Shown: piece after piece, positions 28,923-37,189 of the stretch
Position numbering within the stretch: the first letter of the stretch is position 1
How the letters are laid out: the number at the start of each line of letters is the position of its first letter
NCBI GenBank assembly: GCA_031551355.1
Contig: JAVBNT010000034.1
Span: forward strand, 11,987-75,986
Reading direction: 5' to 3'
Origin: Candidatus Xenobia bacterium
GTDB lineage: Bacteria > Vulcanimicrobiota > CADAWZ01
DNA: 64,000 nt
The notes under the pieces: model-generated
Databases searched by the model: none
The model's input: the letters and a program-made list of their open reading frames with translations, nothing else
Told to the model about the DNA's origin: nothing
Program-made: the position numbers and the translations under genes

Positions 28923-30272
28923 TCACTGTAGTAATCTTTCCAAAAGAGGCCTTGCTTTTCTTAGCATTTTATTTTTTATGATGAAATTCCATACCGGCTC
29001 AAATTTTTTCCAACTGCCGGAATAGAAAAAATGTTTTAACTTCATAGATAGATGTTGATGTTGAAGTGATGAGTTGAAAATGTTTTTCCATTCATAAAAA
29101 GCTTTATATGCCCAGTTGTATCCATGTTCGATTTCATTTTTTGTCATTGAGTGGTGTTTGAATACTAGGTGTCTGGTGTCGTATTGCCGCCAATCGGAAG
29201 ATGTTATTCTGTTTTCTTTTTTCAGGCGTTCATAAAGTATGGTGTCGGGGTAGGGGGTCATTATGTGGAATGTCGCTGTTGAAATGCCTTGTTCAAGTGC
29301 CCATTCTACAGTGTTTTGGAAAACGTCTTTAGTGTCGTGCTCCATCCCGAAAATGAAACTGCCGTTTATGAGTATTCCCAGACTGTCAAGTTTCGAGATG
29401 GCTTTTTTGTAAGAATTTTTTAGATTGGCTGATTTTGTATGGCTTATCAGGTTGTTATTGTCCAGTGATTCAAAGCCGATAAATGCGCTTCTTAATCCGG
29501 CTTCCCTTGCAAGTTCGATGAGATTGTCTTCGATAACCGAGTCTACCGTCATTGCTCCCTGGATTAATCGGCCAGCTCCTTTTATATGGGTGAAAAGATC
29601 TTTTGCCAACCGTTTGTCGGCAAATAAGTGGTCATCGAGAAAGTAGAGGTGTTTCCCTTTGAGAGAATCTATTTCTTCGAGGATTCTGTCCAGTTGTTGT
29701 GTGTAAAACGTTTTGCCGTTTTTAAAAAAAGAGCTGCTGTAGCAAAAATCACACCTGTTTACGCATCCCCTTGAAATGACAATCGAATTCGGCACGAGAT
29801 AGCGTTCTTTTTTGAATAAGTCACGCCTTGGAAGGGGCATATTTGTAAGTGAACGCTGCTTTGATATATATGTAGCCCTGTGATTTCCGCTTTTTAGCTC
29901 TCTTAGAAATTCGGGAAAACTTTCTTCGGCAGGACCGAGAAACAAAACGTCGGCATGTTTCCTGCTTTCCTGCGGTACCGAGGTTGCGTGTAGGCCGCCG
30001 ATAGCGGTTTTTACGCCTTTTTTTCTGTAGATATCGGCGATTTCATACGCTCTGTAAGCATTCGTGATATACGTTTGTATGACAACAAGATCAGGAGTAT
30101 CGTCAGTGTTTAGTTCCTCTACATGCTCGTCTGTGATTTCCGCTTCGTCGCCGTTACTGCATAAGGATGCCAGAGTGGCAAGTCCCAGCGGTGGAAATAA
30201 GGAGTATTTTATTGGCCGCCAATAGCAGCTTTTTGCTTCTTCCAGGGCCGGAAGTATAAATTTAATCTTCAT
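28923..30272 (-). CDS. B12-binding domain radical SAM protein
   Basis: CxxxCxxC cluster SRGCVNRCDFCYSS; N-terminal cobalamin-binding-like domain (VVIQTYITNAY...); 449 aa. Confidence 0.75.
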   Translation of the reverse strand: MKIKFILPALEEAKSCYWRPIKYSLFPPLGLATLASLCSNGDEAEITDEHVEELNTDDTPDLVVIQTYITNAYRAYEIADIYRKKGVKTAIGGLHATSVPQESRKHADVLFLGPAEESFPEFLRELKSGNHRATYISKQRSLTNMPLPRRDLFKKERYLVPNSIVISRGCVNRCDFCYSSSFFKNGKTFYTQQLDRILEEIDSLKGKHLYFLDDHLFADKRLAKDLFTHIKGAGRLIQGAMTVDSVIEDNLIELAREAGLRSAFIGFESLDNNNLISHTKSANLKNSYKKAISKLDSLGILINGSFIFGMEHDTKDVFQNTVEWALEQGISTATFHIMTPYPDTILYERLKKENRITSSDWRQYDTRHLVFKHHSMTKNEIEHGYNWAYKAFYEWKNIFNSSLQHQHLSMKLKHFFYSGSWKKFEPVWNFIIKNKMLRKARPLLERLLQ

Positions 30273-30624
30273 ATAGCTCCGCTTCCATTAGCCAGGCGTC
30301 TTCCCATACCGATAATTCCATATTTATGCTGCCGTTTTTGCGGAAAACGACGCCCTCTTTTTTAAGGAGCTGCCTTTGCCGGCCGGAGAATATTTCCGGC
30401 GGAGCCAGTTCGCCGCTTTTTTTGACAACCCTGTGGCAGGGGAGCTTTCGTTCCGAAGGAGCACAAAACATGGCTTGCCCGACTCTTCTCGACAGGCGGG
30501 GATTACCCAGAATGGCGGCAATTTGTCCGTATGACATGACTTTTCCTTCGGGTATCATCGCTACTATTTGATATACTTTATTGAAAAGACCTTTGTTTGG
30601 CGGTTGTTTGCTGTTTTTTCTCAC
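30262..30624 (-). CDS. MGMT-family protein (methylated-DNA-protein-cysteine methyltransferase DNA-binding/active-site domain only, 120 aa)
   Basis: Active-site PCHRVV motif, YGQIAAILG helix-turn-helix; overlaps radical SAM gene start by 11 nt. Confidence 0.7.
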   Translation of the reverse strand: MRKNSKQPPNKGLFNKVYQIVAMIPEGKVMSYGQIAAILGNPRLSRRVGQAMFCAPSERKLPCHRVVKKSGELAPPEIFSGRQRQLLKKEGVVFRKNGSINMELSVWEDAWLMEAELYED

Positions 30625-30836
30625 TGTTTTTTTATCGGCTTTGTTGTTGATGTTTGATGTGTTTTTGCTTTTCTGCGTTGTTTTTCCTGCCGTTTTTCGG
30701 CATATAATCTACCCTTTCGTCTGTCTTATAGCGATTCTGCAAAATATGCACGTGTTAATATTTATGGTAAAACATTTTTGTCCGGCATTAAGGCAGCCAT
30801 ATTTTAGAAGAAAATCTATATATGCTTTGGAAAATT

Positions 30837-30894
30837 GCTAGTCCGCAAAAACGGGGATAAGACATTTGTCTTATCCCCGTTTTTGCGGACTAGC
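30837..30894. terminator. Perfect 28-bp inverted repeat with 2-nt loop; bidirectional intrinsic-terminator-like
   Basis: gctagtccgcaaaaacggggataagaca tt tgtcttatccccgtttttgcggactagc; both strands give GC stem followed by U-run. Confidence 0.7.
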
Positions 30895-30930
30895 CGCTCT
30901 TACTGGTGTGTTAGGTAAGTTTTATTGCTG

Positions 30931-31941
30931 TTATTTTATGCTTGGCCACCATGCCCACATGATGTGTTTTTTACCGTCTGTTGTTTCATAGGAGCCTTTA
31001 AAATTCTTTTCGGAAGTGGATATTCTTGCGATTCCGAATGATTCAAGTGATTTTATTTCTGCAGGCTGACATATGCCGTCACGGTTGGCGTCGATCCATA
31101 ATGCGAGACCGCTGAGCTCTTCGCCTTCCACCCAGCCGTTTTGATCGGCGTCACAAAGTGTTGCCAGTTTGTCAAAACCGTTGGCATAGCCGCCGAGATT
31201 GCCGAAAAGCTGGAGAACCGACGTTACTCTGCCGTTTTCCGGCATCACCAGGAAGGCGTCGGGATTATTGCTTACCCATTCGCAATTGTCGGCGATACCG
31301 TCACCGGTTAAATCAAATTTTGAGGCAAATTCATGGTAGAATCCGGGGGCATGAGGGAGCCATTCATTCTTTGCCGTTGAGATTTTGTTGCTGCCGCTGA
31401 TGTTGAGGATTAGAGGGTCATACATGATGGTCGCCGATTCATTAAGGAATACGCTTGTGGTTGTCGTTTCATCGTGTCCAACCGTTGTTTCAACTTCTTC
31501 CCTGACACGAACAAGTTCGCCGTCAATATATTCATACGATATTATGGTTTCATATGAAACGTCGTCAACTACAAAAACCGTGTTGCTGTAGGATTCTTGA
31601 AGCGTCCTTCTGTGAACATCGGCGATAACCCAGCTTGTAGTATAAGTTTTGTCAATTGTCCATCCTGCATTAATAACATCCTGTTGGTGGTAATAGATAT
31701 TTCCGTAAGGGCTGTTGTAGTTGCCGAACTGAGTGGTATAGCCGTGTCCCCCGTAACTGCGGTCGTTGTCGTATTTGCGTGTTTCTTCTATCGTTTCCGT
31801 TTTGTATACCGTATCTGTTTTTATTGTGACACTGGTTTTTTTTGTCTGTGTAGTATTCTTTACGGCCGTAGCCGCAAAAGATGGTGCGGCTATGGACATG
31901 ACCAATGAGGCGCCGATTATAATTGCCCAAAACTTTTTCAT
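30931..31941 (-). CDS. Secreted protein with three canonical EF-hand Ca2+-binding loops in C-terminal region
   Basis: Signal peptide MKKFWAIIIGASLVMSIAAPSFAATA; 12-residue loops DLTGDGIADNCE, DADQNGWVEGEE, DANRDGICQPAE (D1-x-D/N3-x-D/N5-G6-...-E12). Confidence 0.55.
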   Translation of the reverse strand: MKKFWAIIIGASLVMSIAAPSFAATAVKNTTQTKKTSVTIKTDTVYKTETIEETRKYDNDRSYGGHGYTTQFGNYNSPYGNIYYHQQDVINAGWTIDKTYTTSWVIADVHRRTLQESYSNTVFVVDDVSYETIISYEYIDGELVRVREEVETTVGHDETTTTSVFLNESATIMYDPLILNISGSNKISTAKNEWLPHAPGFYHEFASKFDLTGDGIADNCEWVSNNPDAFLVMPENGRVTSVLQLFGNLGGYANGFDKLATLCDADQNGWVEGEELSGLALWIDANRDGICQPAEIKSLESFGIARISTSEKNFKGSYETTDGKKHIMWAWWPSIK

Positions 31942-32145
31942 AATTTATAAACCCCTCCTTGTTTGTAAATTAGAATATCCTATACTTGTATTGTAAAATA
32001 AACATGTTAACAAGATATTAAAATAGTATTACATTTGCTTAATATAATAATCGATATAATTATCTTATATTTTATCTTATATTTGCTTGTCTTGTTCCAT
32101 TCTAAGGAATTTTTTGAGCAGGTTGGTTTGTCGGCGTTTTGTTGA

Positions 32146-33954
32146 TCATAATTTGTATTGTCCGTTGTCGTTTATTTTTAACAGCCAGATGTCTTCATCA
32201 TCGTTTGTTCTGCCTTTTCTGTCTGGAATATCGCCCCCTGAATTGGAAAGGGTGTATCCGGTAACGAGCAGGCAGCCGTCTGCGGTCTTTGTGATGGATG
32301 AGGATGTATCATTACCGTCTCCGCCATAGCATTGATTGAATACAATTGATTTGTCGTGCTCTGTTTGTGATGTGTCAATTTTTAAAATCCAAATGTCGTT
32401 TTTTATTGTTTCCGTGTCTTTTCGCTGAGGTATATCTCCCCCGGGCAGAGAATTTGTTACTCCTGCAATGGCGATAAAGCCTTCGTGAGTCTTTGTTATG
32501 TCATAAGGCACGTCCCATCCGTCTCCGCCGTAGCATTGATTGAATACAATTGATTTGTCGTGCTCTGTCTTTGATGTGTCAATTTTTAGAAGCCAGATGT
32601 CGATGCTATCTGTTACTCTGCCTTTTCTGTCCGGGATATCGCCTCCGGAATTGGAACTTGTCGTTCCTGCAATGGCGACAAAGCCTTCGTTCGTTTCGGT
32701 TATACTATAAGACATTTCGCCACTGTCTCCGCCGTAACATTGGTTGAATACGATAGATTTGTCATGGTCTTTCTGTGAGGTATTAATTTTTAGAAGCCAG
32801 ATGTCGCTGTTATCTGTTCCTCTGCCTTTTCTGTCCGGGATATCGCCTCCGGAATTGGAACTTGTCGTTCCGACAATAGTCAGACGGCCGTCGTTTGTTT
32901 CAGTGACTCCGTGTACTATTTCTGAAGTACCGCCACCATAGCATTGATTGAATACGATTGATTTGTCATGGTCTGTTTGTGATGTGTCAATTTTAAGCAG
33001 CCAGATATCACTGTTATCTGTTCCTCTGCCTTCTCTATCAGGAATGTCGCTGCCGGCAGGAGAGCTTGTTTCCCCGGCAATGGCAATACAGCTATCTTTT
33101 GTTGTGATTATTGCGTTTGGAATGTCGTATGCGTTGCCGCCGTAGCATTGGTTGAATACGATAGATTTGTCATACTCTGTCTGTGATGTGTCAATTTTAA
33201 GCAGCCAAAGATCTTTGTCATTTTTTCCAATACCCCTTCTGGCAGGGATATCTTCTCCTGTAGGGGAGTTCGTTTCTCCGGCAATGGCTAGGCAGCCGTC
33301 ACTTGTTTCCACTATTGCATATGCGTAGTCGTCTTTATTTCCGCCATAGCAGCGGTTAAACAGTATTGATTTATTATGATCTGTTTGCTTTGGGTCAATC
33401 TTTATTACCCAAATGTCGAGATTACTGGTTATGCCTTTTCTTTCTGGGATATCGCCTCCGGAATCGGAACTAGTATTTCCGGCAATGGCAATGCAGCCGT
33501 CCTTAGTTTCAATTGCTTTCCAGGTCATCTCATTTTTGTTGCCGCCGTAGCATCTGTTGAGCAGTGATGAAGCCATTTTTATATCTTCAAGCTGCATGGA
33601 TGATGATGAAATTGTTATGTCTCTATACTGAGCTGCGTATCCACTGCCTGGTCTGAAATATTCTATTTTATATTCACCGGGTGTGAGAGTGTCTATTTTG
33701 TAATATCCTTGCGCATTGGTAAAGACTTTTGGTGAGTGCTGTTTGGCGGATGTTGTTGCAATGCTCACTTCAATATTTGCCAGCGGCTGTAACAGCTCGC
33801 TTGAAATAACCCTTCCCGATATTGAATAAACCTGTTCGGATGGTGGTAAACTTGCGTTGCCTCCAAAGAACCTGTTTTCGTTTGCTCCACTACAGCCGCA
33901 GATAGTTGATAAGGTAATACAGATTAATAATATGATGGCTTTTGTTTTTAACAT
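32146..33954 (-). CDS. Lipoprotein with carboxypeptidase-regulatory-like domain followed by eight ~48-aa SBBP-type beta-propeller repeats
   Basis: Lipobox LSTICGCSG; N-domain GRVIS...TNAQGYYKIDTLTPGEYKIEY; repeats F(N)(Q/R)CYGG...DG(C/F)(I/L)AIAG.TSS..GGDIP.RKG...D..DIWLLKID.SQT.HDKSIVF x8. Confidence 0.65.
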   Translation of the reverse strand: MLKTKAIILLICITLSTICGCSGANENRFFGGNASLPPSEQVYSISGRVISSELLQPLANIEVSIATTSAKQHSPKVFTNAQGYYKIDTLTPGEYKIEYFRPGSGYAAQYRDITISSSSMQLEDIKMASSLLNRCYGGNKNEMTWKAIETKDGCIAIAGNTSSDSGGDIPERKGITSNLDIWVIKIDPKQTDHNKSILFNRCYGGNKDDYAYAIVETSDGCLAIAGETNSPTGEDIPARRGIGKNDKDLWLLKIDTSQTEYDKSIVFNQCYGGNAYDIPNAIITTKDSCIAIAGETSSPAGSDIPDREGRGTDNSDIWLLKIDTSQTDHDKSIVFNQCYGGGTSEIVHGVTETNDGRLTIVGTTSSNSGGDIPDRKGRGTDNSDIWLLKINTSQKDHDKSIVFNQCYGGDSGEMSYSITETNEGFVAIAGTTSSNSGGDIPDRKGRVTDSIDIWLLKIDTSKTEHDKSIVFNQCYGGDGWDVPYDITKTHEGFIAIAGVTNSLPGGDIPQRKDTETIKNDIWILKIDTSQTEHDKSIVFNQCYGGDGNDTSSSITKTADGCLLVTGYTLSNSGGDIPDRKGRTNDDEDIWLLKINDNGQYKL

Positions 33955-34031
33955 TTGTCATACTCCTTTTGCTGATTTTTAAAGGCAATAAAAAATACCG
34001 CCCTGCATGTAGAGTAGGGCGGTGGAAGTTT

Positions 34032-36899
34032 TTAGTGTTCCGAAGAGGTGTGCGGAATCTTGCTGAAAATGCCGCGGAACATGTACTTGGTGATAACGCT
34101 TTTACCGTAGAAAAACTGCATATAATCGGGATCGTAGCACAGTTGAAATAGTTCGGCATTGTTGATGCTGATATTGCCTTTGTCGGTTAGATTGCCCTGA
34201 TCGTCTTTACCATAGGCGACAATGCCGCCTATTACCGTCAGTGAGCCTTTGTTCACATTTGCCTTAAAATCACCCTCCCTGACAAAAACCATGCCTCGCA
34301 GGATAGTGTCGTTTTTTTCCGGCAGGTAATCCTTTTTAAGTTTATTCTTAAGTTTTAAATGCTGATCTGGACCAAAATCTCCGCGGATAGTATCAGGATC
34401 TGTGTCGGTGCGATAGCCAACCGTTTCGTCTTCTAAGTTTATTATCATGTTTTTGCCGCTGGATTCCCCATTTTTATCCCAACTTTTTCCGGTATACTCC
34501 ATTTTTTTCATGTTGTTTGTTACTGCCGCAAGCTGTGTTAATCCACCCTCTATTGCTTCAATGGTTCCCATGTCATAGCTGCTATCAACTGCATCTTCAT
34601 ATTCCTTTTTAAATTCATCTTTTATTTTCTCCATTATTCTAGGAATATTCACCTGTATTTCTGACCCGCTTTTAAAATATTGTTCTTCAGCTTCAATTTT
34701 AAAAGTATATCTTACAGGTTTGCTTGCTCCATGGTTTCTTAGTTTTGCATATGCTGATTTGTTTGATTCTTCAGGGATATGTATTAAGATGTCAAACGGA
34801 TGGGTGTTGTCACTTCCTTTCATATTGTGTAACCAAATTTCCGTGTATTGTCCGGAAATATCTGGAAATGTTCCCATAATTGCCGTTGTAGCAGTGGAAT
34901 CAACCTTTTCTATTGAAACATTGGTTGTGTGTGGTGATGAATGGAAGATATCTGTGACTGTTTCGTAATATCGGTTTATATATTTGTCATACAAATATTT
35001 ATCGTCGCTTCGTAAAATTCCAATTGTATAAGTGTTTTGGGTTGTGCTTGTTCCTTTTTTTTCAAGTGTTACGTTTACATCCTCAAACCCTGAACCCGAA
35101 TCCGAGGGTGTCGATGTATCAATATCGCCGCCGACAACGCCGCTGTTTTTAGCAATTACCGTCTGGGCGAATAACAGTTGCTCCTTGCTGTCGGTGCAGC
35201 CGTTTTTTGCGAGGATATCCTTGAGGGTTCCCTTGGCGCCTTTATGGTCCAGCAGCTCCGCTGCCGCTTCTTTTTCGGTGGTGAATCTTTCCTGTTCTTC
35301 TTCCGAACCGATAAACTCTCGCCAGATATCGTCTATATGGTCGCTGACTTCTTTGAATGCTGCTTCATATTCCTTGGCACTGGTTTCGATAATATGGACG
35401 TTTTTTTGCGCATAAACCGAGACGCCGCTGTTTTTCCGGGTGTCGAAAAAAGAGCCTCCCTGCATGCAAATATTGCCTTTGGAAAGTATTTTGCCCGAGC
35501 CGCTGACTTTTGCCTGCAGTATGATGTCGGGTGATAGTCTGTCGGTGCCGCTGTCGGCTTCCAGTGACGAACCTTCGCCGAAAATGATGTTTGGTCTTTC
35601 CTCTTTCGATATCGAGAGTGTTTTTGCTTTGCCGGAGTTTGTATAGGGATTGATGTTATCTACAGCGCCGAAAAAAATGCTGCCGCTGCATCTGTTGGCG
35701 TTGCTGAATCTTACTTCTTTGCCGTTGAAGCTCATATTGTCGGTTTTCAATTGATTGCCGATGGCGGTAGGATTTGCCTGTAGAGCGATTGTTTCGCCGT
35801 CACTTTGTATTGCGGCGCAGTGGTACCACTGGCCCTCCTTTGTATTGTAGATATAAGCTCCGGAGTCGATATTTGCCCTGCGGCTGCCTGCCGTATTATC
35901 CCAGTTGATCTTGTTGCCGGCTTCAAGCATTTTGTCCGTATGCTGAAGGGCGTTATCAGTAGTATCAATATTGACGCCGTATTTTTCAATGTTTTCTTTA
36001 AGCTGTTTTCCATCGCTGTCAAAATCGCATATTTTGATGTTTTGGGCGCTGGTGTAGCCGTTGTTGAAGTTTACAAAACAGTTTTTATTTTTGGCGGTGG
36101 AGTGAATGTCGAGATAGCCGTAAGCTCTCAGTGATGTAGATTCCTGACTTTTGGCGCTTATAAGCGCCGAGGGATTTGCTCCTATGAGATTTATATCGAT
36201 GTTTCCTCTGGCTACTGACGAGGTTTTGAATTCTTTTATATCCTCTACACTGATCAGGGCCTCCGCATATCTCACCGTTTTGTTGCATATCCCCTGTGAA
36301 ATTATATGTATTGTATTTTTAGGGATGTTTGATTTGTAGATTTTAAATTCTTTTGTTTGCGGATCCCGTTTAAACGTCGTTCCTTCCGATGTGCTTGACA
36401 GGTTGTTGCAAGAAAGAAAATTTATATCTTTAAACTCTTCTTTACTGTTCATCTCCGCAATTAATTGTTCATTGATGCTGCCTGAAGGACTTGGCGGAAT
36501 GAGGGCTATACGGAAACGTGAGCGTGCCTGAGAGCCTTCTTCACTGCCGAACAATACTTCGACGGCGCCCTCTTTTTCTATTACTTTCAGCGGTCCGCAT
36601 GATTCGTCGTAGATCGTTACGGGCTCTTTGGAGATTGGGGTCCATTCCGGGTTTTGATAGACCTGGGCTCTTACGTATTCCAGTCCTGACAGAGCGGCGT
36701 ATTGTGCCTGTTCGCTCTCGCTGTATTTTTGCCCGCCTTTCAGATTTGCTACGGCGCTCATTGATATTAATGTTACAATCATGATTATGACTGTAAGCAG
36801 TATCATAATAGTAATTAATATTATGCCCTTATTCTTTTTATCCGTTGTTATTATCATTGCTCCTCTTTTCTGATTGTTTCGCTGCTCTATATTTATCAT
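34032..36899 (-). CDS. Large PilX_N-domain (type IV pilus minor pilin/pseudopilin-like N-terminus) surface protein, paralog A (955 aa)
   Basis: N-terminus KNKGIILITIMILLTVIIMIVTLISMSAVANLKGGQKYSESEQAQYAALSGLEYVRAQVYQN matches PilX_N pattern (basic-G-hydrophobic helix...AxxxAEAGL-like); ~60% identity in blocks to 37190-40105. Confidence 0.6.
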   Translation of the reverse strand: MINIEQRNNQKRGAMIITTDKKNKGIILITIMILLTVIIMIVTLISMSAVANLKGGQKYSESEQAQYAALSGLEYVRAQVYQNPEWTPISKEPVTIYDESCGPLKVIEKEGAVEVLFGSEEGSQARSRFRIALIPPSPSGSINEQLIAEMNSKEEFKDINFLSCNNLSSTSEGTTFKRDPQTKEFKIYKSNIPKNTIHIISQGICNKTVRYAEALISVEDIKEFKTSSVARGNIDINLIGANPSALISAKSQESTSLRAYGYLDIHSTAKNKNCFVNFNNGYTSAQNIKICDFDSDGKQLKENIEKYGVNIDTTDNALQHTDKMLEAGNKINWDNTAGSRRANIDSGAYIYNTKEGQWYHCAAIQSDGETIALQANPTAIGNQLKTDNMSFNGKEVRFSNANRCSGSIFFGAVDNINPYTNSGKAKTLSISKEERPNIIFGEGSSLEADSGTDRLSPDIILQAKVSGSGKILSKGNICMQGGSFFDTRKNSGVSVYAQKNVHIIETSAKEYEAAFKEVSDHIDDIWREFIGSEEEQERFTTEKEAAAELLDHKGAKGTLKDILAKNGCTDSKEQLLFAQTVIAKNSGVVGGDIDTSTPSDSGSGFEDVNVTLEKKGTSTTQNTYTIGILRSDDKYLYDKYINRYYETVTDIFHSSPHTTNVSIEKVDSTATTAIMGTFPDISGQYTEIWLHNMKGSDNTHPFDILIHIPEESNKSAYAKLRNHGASKPVRYTFKIEAEEQYFKSGSEIQVNIPRIMEKIKDEFKKEYEDAVDSSYDMGTIEAIEGGLTQLAAVTNNMKKMEYTGKSWDKNGESSGKNMIINLEDETVGYRTDTDPDTIRGDFGPDQHLKLKNKLKKDYLPEKNDTILRGMVFVREGDFKANVNKGSLTVIGGIVAYGKDDQGNLTDKGNISINNAELFQLCYDPDYMQFFYGKSVITKYMFRGIFSKIPHTSSEH

Positions 36900-37189
36900 T
36901 CTTATTATTGAATAATGAGTATAGTCGATTTATGAATGTTGTATATGTTATTATACAATCAAACAATGATTTATTTCAACAAAGATATATTTATGTTTTA
37001 TGTTGTGTGTTTAACTTTTGCTTTTATCTGTTTTTTTCTGTATATAAGCAAACTTTTAATCATGGATACTTTGAACCGGTTTTATTTTGAGGGGATTAAA
37101 GATTGGTGATTCATGGCCGGGAATAAATAAAAAACTTCCTGTCAACTGTTGACAGGAAGTTTTTTATGTTGAATCAGATGCCGTTTTGC

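Noticed and set aside
34720-36339. Several 60-130-aa plus-strand ORFs inside the giant PilX_N gene
   Set aside because: Antisense to a 955-aa ORF with paralog support, and they show low-complexity translations.
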